64,000 nucleotides of DNA from Cyanidioschyzon merolae (lineage: Eukaryota), in NCBI GenBank assembly GCA_000091205.1, contig AP006487.2; one strand, 5' to 3'. The position numbers and the translations under genes were made by a program. Position 1 is the stretch's first letter, and the number at the start of each line of letters is the position of its first letter. Under the pieces are notes generated by a model, which saw only the letters and a list, made by a program, of their open reading frames with translations, did no database searches and had not been told where the DNA came from. Of the stretch, positions 42,116-54,147 are shown piece by piece.

Positions 42116-43507
42116 CTGATCTGGACGCACATCGCAAACCCCTGGTCTCTTCCAAATGTCATCAAGGCTAACCTCTGCGGGACTTGTCTGCGACTGCTTG
42201 CGTTTCCTATCTATTGCCTCCAGTTTTAAATGCGCCGGTCTCTCCAGTGTCAGTGGCTCCGATGCAAGCAGTTGATGGGTCCTCGTGGCAACCTTAGAAT
42301 CCCGAGAGCGCCGCTTCCGGCTATTGTGGAGACATATGACGCACAGGCGCTAGTCCCGATCCAGGCATCGCGTAGAAACTGAATGCGTTTCTCAGACAAC
42401 CTCGGTGCGTCCTGTGTAGCGGCGACACGCGCCAGTGATTATGCGTCCCCATTCGTTCACGCAACCAGCGCCACCAGCGCCTGCTCTTCCGAGCGCCGCA
42501 CGATGGCGCCCAAACGCTCGCTTGCTCGCTCCACACAGGTCATTGACGAGTACGGAACGCTTCCCTAGATATCCTCGCGCGTTTCAGCGCCAGACACCGG
42601 CCCCCGCGATCACGTACCTGTTCCGGGCGATGCCGTCGACGAGTACGCTGTCGGATGCACACACAAGCGCACACTGTTTCATTCGATCAAGGATTTGTGG
42701 AATGCGCGGTTGTCCATAATGAGAATCGTGCCGGGAGAAGGACTACCCAAACCGGAGAACAAGTCGAGAAATTTCGATCTGTCTACGCGCCATTCATGAA
42801 AGCGGAGGCGTACTCTGTACGTTTAGCGATCGCTGCAAACATCAAGGTCCGAATCCAGGACCCTTTTCCATGCAAACAGAAGCATAGGGAACCTCTGGTA
42901 GCATATTCCGAGAGAAATATCACGCAGATGTGGAAAGTTGTCCAGTCGATAACCAAAAAATGCGGAGTATTTGTCTTTGGAATGAAATTCTTTACTTGAC
43001 GGTGCACGCTCAGTGACCGTTCGACGTGCGCTCGGGAACAACTCGTCAACAAACGACGTCGAGTATCCTCGCTCGTCGATTCAGCGACGCGGTTAACGGT
43101 ACCCATGAGTTGCCTCGAAAGAGAACGGTCGAAAACTTGAAAATTGCCCGATTGATGCACGTTCCACGCATCGAAACGAGATGCGTGAACGCATTGACGT
43201 GCGAATCAAAGAACCACGTCGGTTACTTGACAAACCCGTGGTTGCATGCATCACGAGTCACACAGAGTCCTCTGAGGTACCATATTCCAGCACCGAAGCG
43301 TCAAACAAGTCACTCCAAAGAAACAACCAAGCATTCTAGAACAAGGTTCGAATCCGTTATCTCCTCTGCCTGCACGGCCTATGTCGATGTTGCCCATCTA
43401 AACGTGTCCGACGGTAATCGCTTGGCAAGAGCAGACCATTGCTCCACCCAAGTGAAACACAGAGATACGTACAGAGAGCCACTTTTGTGTGGCATGCATG
43501 CAGCCTA

Positions 43508-43514
43508 TCGACAC

Positions 43515-43547
<33 letters not shown>
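43508..43547. repeat. (CAG)12 microsatellite, intergenic, about 450 bp upstream of the second B56 gene
   Basis: cagcagcagcagcagcagcagcagcagcagcagagg seen directly. Confidence 0.85.
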
Positions 43548-43549
<2 letters not shown>

Positions 43550-43999
43550 GGCAGCCTTGCGCGCGCTGCACGCACGCGCGGTACCAGGCATCGAATCATC
43601 GCGAGATCGCGCTGCACGCGCACGCACCTACGTGTCCAGCAGTCGAGCGTAGAGCGCCTCGATCACGCGCATCGCGGAGGCCTCTGGATGTAGCCGCTGA
43701 TCGAGATTGCGCCGCGCGCGCGGGCGGCGTCGACAACCTCATACCGGCACGCCATCGTAGAAAAGCCCCAAAAGCCACCATCGTCGTCGTCGCCGTCGTC
43801 GGTGGTATCGAGGCTGCGCGTGGGTGTATCTGGGGTCTATCCTCGTTGTTTGGGTCTATACAAACACACACACACACGGGCAAGTCGTTTGCCGTTTAAC
43901 AGTTGCGGGCTCTACAGTCTGTGAAGGGAAAACGCTTGTATAACTTTTGGGTTGTGCATATGGGCGCTTTGTGTTGAATTCAACAAAGTGCTCACGTCA

Positions 44000-46900
44000 A
44001 TGAACGAGCTTGCAGAGCAGGAAGGCGTTCAACGTTCTCGCACTGCTGCGCGGCCTATTCGACCGTTGAGTCGGGCGTGGAGTGCCGGTTCTATGGGGTT
44101 TGGCGAGCACCACCAGGCTTCATGGGTCACTCCAGAGTATGAGTCGACGACGATCGGGGTTTCTGCGCGGAAGCCGCAGCTGGAGCGCCCTATCGCGTGT
44201 GGCGGTTCCAGTAAGGTCGCCTCGGGTTCCGTGGCTGGCGAACGCGGCGCGAGCAACGCGTCGCCGCTGCCACCGCCACATGAAACCCCGGAGCCTCACT
44301 TTCCGGAACAAACGGAGCGGGTTTCGCTGGAACTGGAACCATCACCGGACAGCTTTCTGCAGGATGAGCCCGAGCTACGGAAAACAACGGGCGCAGATCG
44401 CAACGGTGCGGCACTGCGCTCGCAAAGTCTCCAACGTGCACTGGATGCGCTGGTGCAGCCATACGCGCCACCCCAGAGGGAACAGAGGCGCACGCGTGTG
44501 ACGGAGACACAGCGTGCGCAGCCGGCCTCTCCGTCCATCGAAGCATGCGGGAGTACACGAATCACAAGTGAACAGAGAATAGTTGCTCAGACGGAGCGTC
44601 CATTGTGGAACGACAACACTGGAGCGCTGCGCCGTCCTGTGCAGCAGCTGCATCCACGACATGAGCTTTTTGTGCAGATGATGCGGGATCTCGGTGCCTT
44701 CGAAGGCACATCGTCCCGTGGGAATGGGGATACCTCGGGTGAGGCGGCTGCGTTAACGCTCTCGGAGATTCTGAACTTACCTCCGATTCGCACGATTGTT
44801 GACGATGAGGCACGAGCGCGGGCAATAGCGCTCAAACTTGAGTTCTGCACCGTTGTGCCGTCATTACCGGAATGGATTGCGGAAACCGAGTATAACCAGC
44901 GTGTTGAGCGGTGGCTCCATTATCGACACGCCCAGGCTCTGCAATCTCTCCGTACAATGGTAGCCATTTCAGATCAGCTTGAACCGGAATCCTCGGAAAG
45001 CGTTCAAGAGGAAAGTAAGCGCCAACCGATTGGCGGCGAGCACGGCAACTTGGGCGGAATGTACGTTGGTCTGCTGGCACACAAGAGCTCTCGAGCCGGC
45101 TCTATTGAACGGACATCGCCTCCGCGTATGCGAGCGAGCCGCTCAGCGCCGGCCCTTGGACAACTCGCCTGCGAAGATACGATGCTGGAGGGTCGCGCTG
45201 CGCTCCGCAACGTGGTTGAGCGCTTTACGCGATTAGCCACGAACAAAAATGCTTGCCGGGCAGCCGCAGAACAGCAAGGCGTAGCACCCGGCGATACGCA
45301 GCAGGGGACGGTTGCTGGACTTGAGGTGCCGCGCACGACGCAGCACAGCGGCACGGGAGTAGTCTGTTCGGCTGGTGCGTCAGCAGCACCTGCTGCAAGT
45401 AGTATTGGTGCTCTGTCTGGCTCCACGGCGCCCGATCGTAGCGTATTGCCCGAAGAATCGTCGTCACCGACGCTGTCAGCAATGCCCGCAACGACCACGA
45501 CAGATGAACCAGGCGATTACAAGCAGGAACCTCTGATCAGAACGCCAGCAGACCTTATGGACCTGAAACGCGCTGTACTGGCGGACCTCTTGGACGCCGC
45601 AGAGCAAGCGCGACAGCATGGAGAATCAGCGTTCACGGGTATATGGAAGGAGCAGGAGCGGGAGCAGGCATCCGCTCCTCCAAGTCCGCGAATGCCATTC
45701 ATCTTTCAGATTACGAGCAGCGGCAACGCCTTGGAACGCCCAGTACGTGATGCCGGTATGAGCGCCGCCAGCTGGAGTTGTCGCTCACAAACGAGTTCCT
45801 CCTTCTTTTGTTATCCTCTCTTGTCCAAGTGGGTGCGGTTTTTTGCAGCCAATCTCTTCAGACCGTTGCCGCTGCGAAAGCGTCTCGCTGAACCCGAGTA
45901 CTTGAGTGAACGGGAAACGCCGACTCTGCACTACGTCTCGGAGCGCAGCAGCAGCAGCAGAGCGTCAGCCGCGCGACCAGGCAGCCCTGCACCCGTCGAG
46001 GGAGCAGCTGCCCGTGGATGTGTCGCCGATATCGACCACGTTGTATTCGTCGATGATGAGTTGACCAATCCGTGGAACCTACTCGACCCGGTCTGGCCGC
46101 ACTTGGAACTCGTGTACTCGCTTTTCATCGAATTTTCGCTCTGCCGCATCGGCCAAGTACCCGAAGGCGTGCAACTGGGCGAAGAACTTGCCGCGAAACA
46201 TTTCAACGAACGCTTCTTGCATGCACTTTTGAGCCTCTTTGTTTCGGAGGATCCGCGGGAGCGAGATGCGCTCCGGACGGTCGTGCACCGTCTCTACGCT
46301 CGGTATGCAGCACTCCGTCCGTCCATTCGCAAGGTGATGGCTGAGGTGGTCTTTGCGCGGCCTATTGCGGAAGATGATGTTTTCCGGCAAATCTCCTGGT
46401 TTCCACACTGTGCCCACATGCGTACGTCGAGTGCGTTAGCGCGCACAACTTGCCCAGCAGAGACGAGGTCACGTAGTGAGCGTTATCCCCAGCGAGCACG
46501 CTGCACGAACCTCCCCGAGAGTGCAGCACTCGCTGCCGATTGTGGTCTCCGCGTCCAGAACACTGAGGTTTTCCTCGCTGGCTCACATCCGGCTGCGATC
46601 TGGGGAGGACTCTGCTACAACGGCGTCAGTGAAGCACTCGATATTCTCGCCGCGATCGTTGCTGGGTTTTCGACCCCGCTGCGCGAAGAACATCGGTACT
46701 ACTTTCGTCGAGTACTTCTGCCGATGCACAAAGCGCGTGGACTAGCGCGCTATCATCGGGAACTCACCATGTGCATTGTGTTTTACGTTTCCAAGGACGT
46801 TTCACTGGGTGTGGAAGCGATTCGGACTCTGCTGCGCCACTGGCCTCAGACGAGTGCGCGGAAGCAGCTTCTTTTCCTCACGGAGATGAACGACATTCTC

Positions 46901-47467
46901 ACAGCTTGCGGCATTGCGTTGAGCCGCTCAGCGGATACCGCTCGACAGCGCACCGCGCATCCAGGGACGATCCAGTCAAGTCGTCGTCGAGTCGCCTTTC
47001 ATGGACGGTACGCGATGATTGCGGAGCGTTCACGCCAGCAACAGCAACAGCAACAGCAACAGAGTGCGCACATCAACCTGGTTTCTCTGGTGAATCAGTT
47101 TGCAGTGCTGGTGCCTGCGATATTTTCGCGGCTTGCGGAATGTATATGCAGCTCGCAGATGGATGTGAGTGAACGTGCGATTTACATGGTTAGCAACCAG
47201 GAGTTAATCGGAGAACTAGTTGAAAAGTATCGCGCCCAGGTCTATCCGATACTGGTACCCGCGGTGTACCGAACGAGCTCCGAGCACTGGTCTCAAGAGG
47301 TGCGGCACATGGCAACCGTGCTTGCGGGGCTTCTCGAGCAGCTCGATGTGGATCGTTTTCGACAATGGGCACGAGCCGGGCACATGGAGAGCCCTTCGCA
47401 AACTTCACCTTGTCATGCGGAGCGTGAATCACAAGACTTGCACAGAATGCTCAGCTATGCCTCGTAA
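44000..47467 (+). CDS. Second PP2A regulatory subunit B56/B' paralogue, about 1155 aa; about 700 aa low-complexity N-terminal extension
   Basis: B56 core at about 46020-47400: FIEFSLCRIGQVPEGV, FVSEDPRERDALRTVVHRLYARYAALRPSIR, EHRYYFRRVLLPMHKARGLARYHRELTMCIVFYVSKD, LLRHWPQTSARKQLLFLTEMNDIL, FSRLAECICSSQMDVSERAIYMVSNQ. The ORF-track start at 43952 is TTG. The first ATG (MNELAEQEG) is at about 44000. Confidence 0.85.
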   Translation: MNELAEQEGVQRSRTAARPIRPLSRAWSAGSMGFGEHHQASWVTPEYESTTIGVSARKPQLERPIACGGSSKVASGSVAGERGASNASPLPPPHETPEPHFPEQTERVSLELEPSPDSFLQDEPELRKTTGADRNGAALRSQSLQRALDALVQPYAPPQREQRRTRVTETQRAQPASPSIEACGSTRITSEQRIVAQTERPLWNDNTGALRRPVQQLHPRHELFVQMMRDLGAFEGTSSRGNGDTSGEAAALTLSEILNLPPIRTIVDDEARARAIALKLEFCTVVPSLPEWIAETEYNQRVERWLHYRHAQALQSLRTMVAISDQLEPESSESVQEESKRQPIGGEHGNLGGMYVGLLAHKSSRAGSIERTSPPRMRASRSAPALGQLACEDTMLEGRAALRNVVERFTRLATNKNACRAAAEQQGVAPGDTQQGTVAGLEVPRTTQHSGTGVVCSAGASAAPAASSIGALSGSTAPDRSVLPEESSSPTLSAMPATTTTDEPGDYKQEPLIRTPADLMDLKRAVLADLLDAAEQARQHGESAFTGIWKEQEREQASAPPSPRMPFIFQITSSGNALERPVRDAGMSAASWSCRSQTSSSFFCYPLLSKWVRFFAANLFRPLPLRKRLAEPEYLSERETPTLHYVSERSSSSRASAARPGSPAPVEGAAARGCVADIDHVVFVDDELTNPWNLLDPVWPHLELVYSLFIEFSLCRIGQVPEGVQLGEELAAKHFNERFLHALLSLFVSEDPRERDALRTVVHRLYARYAALRPSIRKVMAEVVFARPIAEDDVFRQISWFPHCAHMRTSSALARTTCPAETRSRSERYPQRARCTNLPESAALAADCGLRVQNTEVFLAGSHPAAIWGGLCYNGVSEALDILAAIVAGFSTPLREEHRYYFRRVLLPMHKARGLARYHRELTMCIVFYVSKDVSLGVEAIRTLLRHWPQTSARKQLLFLTEMNDILTACGIALSRSADTARQRTAHPGTIQSSRRRVAFHGRYAMIAERSRQQQQQQQQQSAHINLVSLVNQFAVLVPAIFSRLAECICSSQMDVSERAIYMVSNQELIGELVEKYRAQVYPILVPAVYRTSSEHWSQEVRHMATVLAGLLEQLDVDRFRQWARAGHMESPSQTSPCHAERESQDLHRMLSYAS

Positions 47468-48703
47468 TGGAATTTACAAGCGCTTGAGTATGAAGGCATG
47501 GACTCGCTCGCGTGTGCATGCAAGTGCTTGTTGGGGAGCATACCCCCCGACCCGAGGACCTGAGCGTTAACAGAGCTCCGTACCTCGTTCACGATAGATC
47601 GCGATCGTCTAGCGGTGCAACTGCCCGACACCTGACCCGAGCGCATGTATACCGGGCCGAATAGAGGCGCTCCATGGGTGTCCATGCGCAGCAGCGTGGC
47701 ACGGAACGCTGCAGCGCGCCGACGAGCCACGTGAATACCCGTCGTCGAGATGTAGCAGCAGTGAAACGTCACTTTCTAGCGCTCGTGCTTACCGGGGGAT
47801 TTATTCCATGTTTGGAAACAAGGTTTCTCCAGTGCAACGTGACTGGTACGACGTGCTACCAGCAGCGTTGCTGGTAAAGCTATTCAAATACACGAGCGCA
47901 GCATGCAGCCATGCGAGCTGCTGCTGCTGATGCTGCTGCTGCTGACGACTGCGACGACGACGCGAAATGAATGTTTGCGGAGATTGTCCGCTCGTGCCAA
48001 TCCAGCTAGATGTTCATAAGATGTATGTTGTAGAGCAGATGAAAAGCAATGACAATGCGCGGTGGTCATGACTTGAATTGTTGAGCGCGCTGTATCTATG
48101 ATGTCGGAAGCGATGCTATTGGGCACCAGCGCTCAGACAACCAGAGTCATGGCTGGTGGAAAGGGGATGAAAACGGGACCAGCCCCATCGCGCCAAAGCT
48201 TCCCATTCTGACTTAAACTTAATCGAGCCGGAGGGAGAAATCGAAGCGACGCATTCACGTCCGTCCTTGTACCCGTCAGCATGCGCATGCTGCTGTTGGT
48301 GCTGCTGCATTCGCAGCGACACCCGCTTTGCGACCTGCGTTGGTGGCGAGCGCACCAGTCCGCTCCCGCGCGGCCACCGCTGCGGGCTAAAGCTGTCGTC
48401 TGACATGTGCCGGTGTCTCGCGAGCTGGTCTCGTTGCGGACACTGGTTACGAGTATCAAGTCACCAGTCCGCAGAAAAGCTGCGCATGTGCTCCGGTTCG
48501 CGACCTAGCCACGCGCTCCAGCACGTACCACGGGTGCGTTTCCCGTTCGTTCAGTGAGCGCGCTGCTGCCGACCAGTGCCGCGATGCGCAAAAGCCGCAT
48601 TTTTCACACCAACGGCATGCAGGCGTCCACATTGACGACTGTGCTCGACCAGGCCGCCTGCACGCACTACATCTGTCGGCGCTTGAAGCGCGCGTCGCAA
48701 CCC

Positions 48704-50014
48704 TCAAGTGAAAATTCTATAGACCTGTACCAATAACCACCAGAGCGCAAGCTGGATCACAGTGATTTTCATCATGACTGTGAAAAGCTTTCCCCAAGTA
48801 GCCGGTTGATATCGCGCGACGCGGTCACTGAGAAAGCGCTTTTCCGCAAAGGCCTGCTCAAGAAGGCGTTCTTTTTCGGCGAAATTCCTGAAAAGCCAAC
48901 GGGCAATCGACTGATCGTCGACAGGTATCTCTTCAATGGGCGTTCTACGGACATGAACGTGGACGCGAAACCGTCGCTTCTGCGCAAAACGCGTCGCTCT
49001 CAGAAACAGATCCGCAGCGGTTGGCTTCGGGTGCCACAGTGCGGGTCGACCGGCGCCGCCTGGCGCAAGGTTTTCGTAGAAAATGGTGCAATCGTACACT
49101 GCACCGAGCGCGGGGCGTAAGCCTTGCACCGCCTGACGAAAGCCCTTGACGCGTGGCACCAAGCAGAAGCGGGGCTCGACCACGGGTCCGTCTGGCGACG
49201 GCGCGTCGACGTTGTTAGCACTCGCACTAGCATCGACGTTTCCAGCGTGATCAGCGCAAAGTCGATGGTAGAAATCCTGTGCTTGTTTCAGCTTCTCTTC
49301 CGCGTTGAGACGCGTCCCCTCGGGAAAGATTGTGAACCAGAACGGAGCTCGCCGCTGCGTCAGTTGTCGATACGTGCGCCGCATCTTGGCCTCGTCGCGA
49401 GCGTAGTTCCGACTAATGAAGAGGACGCCGCCTGTCAGCTTTGCCGCCAGTCCAATAATCGGCAGATACGCCAGCGACCGTTTGCCCAGGAAGCGAAAGT
49501 CGCCCGCACGCCCGGCGTTCATGGCGAGGCAGAAGATAATGAGCGAATCGACCCAGGACCTATGATTCGCCAGCACAATACAAGACTCATCAGATCGCAT
49601 GTCGTCTCCGGTTACGACGAGCTCAAGGCCGCCAACGGTTTCAGCCCAAGAGACCAGAGCTTCCACCCAGAGCCGTAGTCCGTGAGCACGGATCGCGGAA
49701 CGCACCTGCCGCACAGCCTGTGCCAGCGGAAGCGACTCTATTCGGCGGGCAAGTTTCCATATCAGACCAAGAAGAGATAGTAAAAGGGGATTGTAGATGA
49801 CTAGCGGCAAGAAGACGTCGTAGGCAATGAGAATGTAGCTATGCAGCCATACCAGGAACAGGAGGGAAAGCAGCCGCAGGTACCAGAGCGCGATGATGTG
49901 ACGACCCCTGTCCGTGCCGAGGGCAAACTGCATTAAAATCAACAGCGCAGTAACCAGCGGTGACCCAGCAACTTGTTTAACCAGTCGCACTAGTTTTTCC
50001 CATGTTTGCGACAT
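48704..50014 (-). CDS. Lysophospholipid/1-acylglycerol-3-phosphate acyltransferase family enzyme (AGPAT/LCLAT1-like), about 436 aa from the internal ATG
   Basis: Motif I NHRSWVDSLI (HX4D), motif III FPEGTR, plus a C-terminal hydrophobic anchor (ITVIQLALWWLLVQVY). Overall order matches LCLAT1/AGPAT. The ORF-track start at 50263 is GTG with an arginine-rich unlikely leader. The plausible start is the ATG of MSQTWEKLVRL at about 50012-50014, followed by a TM segment. Confidence 0.8.
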   Translation of the reverse strand: MSQTWEKLVRLVKQVAGSPLVTALLILMQFALGTDRGRHIIALWYLRLLSLLFLVWLHSYILIAYDVFLPLVIYNPLLLSLLGLIWKLARRIESLPLAQAVRQVRSAIRAHGLRLWVEALVSWAETVGGLELVVTGDDMRSDESCIVLANHRSWVDSLIIFCLAMNAGRAGDFRFLGKRSLAYLPIIGLAAKLTGGVLFISRNYARDEAKMRRTYRQLTQRRAPFWFTIFPEGTRLNAEEKLKQAQDFYHRLCADHAGNVDASASANNVDAPSPDGPVVEPRFCLVPRVKGFRQAVQGLRPALGAVYDCTIFYENLAPGGAGRPALWHPKPTAADLFLRATRFAQKRRFRVHVHVRRTPIEEIPVDDQSIARWLFRNFAEKERLLEQAFAEKRFLSDRVARYQPATWGKLFTVMMKITVIQLALWWLLVQVYRIFT

Positions 50015-53000
50015 AGACACAGCGGACACGAACGCGTCGATACAAGTTCGTGTGTCGAAGCGCGAAAGAGCGCTGTGCGCGTACCAGAAATGGCGTGCGC
50101 ACGCATCGCATCGGATGTGACATTGCGTGCGCGTTCGTGACACAGCACGCATCGCCCAGTGGATACGATGCGTGCGCCCGCATCGATAGCGCGCGTTTAG
50201 CGCATGCCGTCGCAAGCCCTGGTTGGCCTGACGGGTACCAGCGATCGGTGAAACGTATACCACGCATCACATTATATCCAGGTTGTCTCTCCAAAACTCG
50301 CATTCCGAGATACGAATGAAAGCGAACGTTCCATGGTGTGCTGATGCTGCTGCTTCTGAGTTCGTTGGTAGGACGCATTGGATCATGTATGTGACACAGG
50401 TACGCTCGTGAGGGAATGCAGTGGGATTCCATCCGTTTTGCGCTGTAACCATTGGATCGCGGGATTCACGCAAGCGTTGTGCTTCGTACGGCCCGGTGTT
50501 GCCGTCTAGATCGGCTCGTACGGTGCACAGAAGCGCTGGAGAGCGTAGCGGCGAGCAAGCATGCCACAGAGGTGATCTTCTCAAGTGCGTCGGTGGATTC
50601 GATGGTTAGGCAATGGTGCAGCGCGGGTAGCATTCGGGCCACTCTGCACTGCCGCGTACAATATTTCGCGCATCCGTCTGCGGGGCCACTCCAGAAGGCG
50701 CCCGAAGATGCAGTGATCGGGGTCGCGCAAGGTCCCCGAGTCCGTGCCGTCCCGGTGCCGGCGCTCGCTAGACTCGATTTCCGAGTCCTCGGTGGATCAG
50801 CCGAGCCTCTGATGCATGAGAACGTACTGCTCCGGAGCGAATGGCACGCAGATGCTTGTGCAGAGAAACAAGGGTTTCTTTACTGGGAACCCGGTGATGT
50901 GGTCGCGTTCGGCACCGTCTGGTCAGTTTCCATGAGTCATGCACCATCTGGGAGGCCGTCGGCGTCGCTGCTTGGCAGCTACCATCATCAAACTGAAGGC
51001 GCTGACACATGTTGCCGGTCATGAGGAAAGCGTCTGCGATAAAGCGGGATCTACCAGGGGCTCGGCACACACCGGTACAACCGTTTCCGCGACGTTCTGG
51101 ACTCGAGCAGCAATGGTGCCTCGTAGACGTCAATGCACCAGACTAGCGATGCTACCCAGTCAAGGCAGATGTCTGTGAGGCACGCCCGTCGCTGGCCCAC
51201 CAGAGACTGCGTGCAGCCGTTGCCGACGCCGCGCGTCGCCACTCCAAGTATAAACGTTCCAGAATAAGGGAGCAGAGATGCATGTACCTAGCATGGGTGG
51301 ATGCAGTAAACGTTGCGCCTCTTCCCATTGCCATGAATATCAGTCCTTGGGCAGGTTCCTGCGACTGCTTCCTTTTCGCTCTATCCTCTCCCCGGCATGC
51401 GATACACCGAACGCTCGCTTCCCTGCCTGTACAGTGTAAGCAGTTGAAGGATGTTGATGGCAGCGTTCAGGCTCTGATTCCGCTGCTTTCGACCATGGTC
51501 GACATATCCCATGCACATGCAGAAGTTGCGATCTACAGTTCCCCTTCCATTTTCATACACGTCGTGTCCAGCCTCGGTGTGTCAGTCGCAGGGGTGATGC
51601 TTGCCTGTGGTCGGGTGTTTCTATTTGTCCAGTAGGCATCTTCCCCGAAGCACTGCGCTGGGGCGCGTGACAGCTGGTTTCATGGAGCGCTATACGTCCT
51701 TGACGGGTACAGAAGGCTCGTCTGGACGCCCTGCTCTGTTTCCATGCTCGCTGGCTGCTGCACACAACGATCACGGACTTGTTCTGGGCGATCGCCTCAG
51801 TGCGTATTTTGTCGTCTGTACAGGGGAACGCGCGCTATCTCGTTCGATAGACACTTTAAGGACCATGATGTTGTCCATGATGAAAAAGTTACCCAAAAGG
51901 AAACTCCAAGCCGGAGAGCAAAGCAAAAAACTCCGAATCATCCAGGTTCACGTCGAGCAACGCGGTGATACATGCCCCACTGGAAGCGATCGCTGCGATG
52001 ACTCACGGGTTCGAGTCCGAAACGCTTTTCCATCCCGAAAGACGCAACGCAAGCCTGTGGGATCATATGCAGTGAGAGGCGCAATGTGCCTGTTCAATAT
52101 CGTTCACCCGGCAGCCGTGAAGAGAGGAGAATTTTTTTTGGAACCAAGCCGATTCTTGGACGTGACAAGATCACAGACCTATGAGCATGAGCTGGAGAGC
52201 AACTCGTCGCCGGACGAGGTCAGATGTTTCGCCTTGTCAATCCAGAGGCGCGAACGGTTGCCTCCACGAAAGTTGCCCGGATACAGAAACACCGGTACCC
52301 AGAAGCGTGTTCCATTCGCGTGCGATACATCTAGGGAGACGAGAGGAATAGAGGCTAGTACGTATACATCGAAAAATACTTATATCGGTTGGTTTACGAT
52401 GCCTCGTTCGAGTGCGTTGCGAATCATCCTGAATCCTCTGGTGTAACGTACTCCACAGACGAAGCGCCTAGTCCGCCGCTTTATTCCTCCGATAGAGGCT
52501 CGTAGAAAACTATGTGTGAATCCTCGCAGGCATATAGCTGTACTGCGACTTGCAAGAATTTTCCATTAAACATCTTCGGAAAATAGTCAAAAAGTAGGAA
52601 CAGAGCGTGCAGTTCACTGTCCGATGTCATGCTGCTACAGAAACGGAGAGCATGCGCTTCAGGCGAACGCGTACAGTTGGCGAGAATGCCGCGCCAGCCA
52701 GTCAGCCGCAGTGCAACGTGCAACGGACTTGCTGCACTGAGCATACTGACGTCCGCGCAGGCACGGCTGCGTCGGAGCGCCGATGTAGGGCCCTGGTCTT
52801 CATGAAGCCCCTTGTTTTCCTTGTTTCGGCTGACGAGCGCTCTGGCCCGACGCGCGGCAACGGCAGCGTGGGCCAGCGGGTCGCAGCCTGGCATACAAGC
52901 GGTGTGCACAGCAGCCAGCGCCTGCTGCAAACGCGTGTTCGAAGGGTTTGCGCCCAGCGACTGGCGCCGGCACCGAACTTCGGCAAAGCTTCCCACTCTT

Positions 53001-53706
53001 TTTCCGGACTGAAGCAGCAAACGCAACTTTGTTTGAATCAAGAGCGCAACGCGAGCCAGCGTCCGTCGCAAGCAACAACCTGGGAGCGTGCTCTGAGGGA
53101 GCAACGGCGACGACGACGACGACGTCGACCGCCCAACGCGCTGCCCTTATCGCGAGCACTCGTCGGAACAGTATCCGACCGCGTATGGACGTGGATTGTA
53201 ACGGTTTTGGACTTGTCCCGGTACTCGTTTCAACAGCTGGTGCGAGCGATGATCCGTTTCACCAAGCGCATGATCCGACGCAATATGGATCTCCATAGCG
53301 GCAGTGAGCTCGAGATCGTCGTTGAAATTCTCGGCATACAGGAGGAGCCATACATAGATCCTCTGGATGATTGGAAACTGACAAAAAGAGTCTGGTATCA
53401 GTTACCAGGTGGTCAGCGAGCGTACTTACCGAGCCTTCATGCATCCACAGCGGATGCCGAGGACGGATACCAGTATCATGAGGCGGAGCAGGTCCCCGGT
53501 GACGCCCAAGACGCGAGTACGCAGGGCCCGGATCCATCGGCGCTGGAGGATGCGCAGGTGCCGCGGCCTGCCTGCGAGTGACGCTGCCGAACAGGGTTCT
53601 ACAGCGCTCTTGATTGACAGGGTACTTGTACTGAGGCAGGACGAGCGCTGCTTGTCGTTGACACGAGCTTGGGCCGCACGCAAGACCACGGGCATGATGG
53701 TACAGC

Positions 53707-54147
53707 ATGGGTAGTCGCGTGTCTAGTTTGGAAGATGCCTATTTTATGAATTCGACGAGGATGTGCATCGCGTCGTTCGACGCATACGGCGTGGCGTTCG
53801 AGCACCACGCATCCTCGGGGCGCGCATGTGTGCCTACCCGAGTCGACCGCTCAGCGCAGCGTACGCTTACCTGGCATCGAATCCGGAGTATTGGCCGGGG
53901 CGGCTTCGAGGAGTATGCGGAGGATCCTGCTTGCTGCCTGTTAGATGGATACACGCTCTTCCTTCTCAATGCGGAACTGCGGGAAAATTCAATGTTGCTG
54001 ATCCGAAACACCGACGATCTGGAGCGAATGCCTCGTCAAGGCATCTCCATCTTCTGGGCACAACGTGGGCCAGCATCGCGCCACCCGAAACCCCACATCA
54101 AGTTTCGGTTGCCTGCAGCCATACCGCTCGATGTGAATGTCGTCTAG
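53707..54147 (+). CDS. Hypothetical protein (146 aa), begins MGSRVSS (N-myristoylation-like Gly2/Ser6); possibly part of a longer gene with the overlapping frame 53763-54560
   Basis: ATG start. Composition is protein-like. The overlapping +0 frame ORF (53763-54560, GTG start) has a protein-like C-terminal half (FRFIYKGRYAWFCIEQKG...). No homology recognised. Confidence 0.25.
   Translation: MGSRVSSLEDAYFMNSTRMCIASFDAYGVAFEHHASSGRACVPTRVDRSAQRTLTWHRIRSIGRGGFEEYAEDPACCLLDGYTLFLLNAELRENSMLLIRNTDDLERMPRQGISIFWAQRGPASRHPKPHIKFRLPAAIPLDVNVV

Noticed and set aside
22747-50014. A lipid-metabolism gene cluster (DGAT1 at 22.7 kb, AGPAT/LCLAT at 48.7 kb)
   Set aside because: They are 25 kb apart with eight unrelated genes between them. 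In an unoperonised eukaryotic genome this co-occurrence is most likely coincidental.
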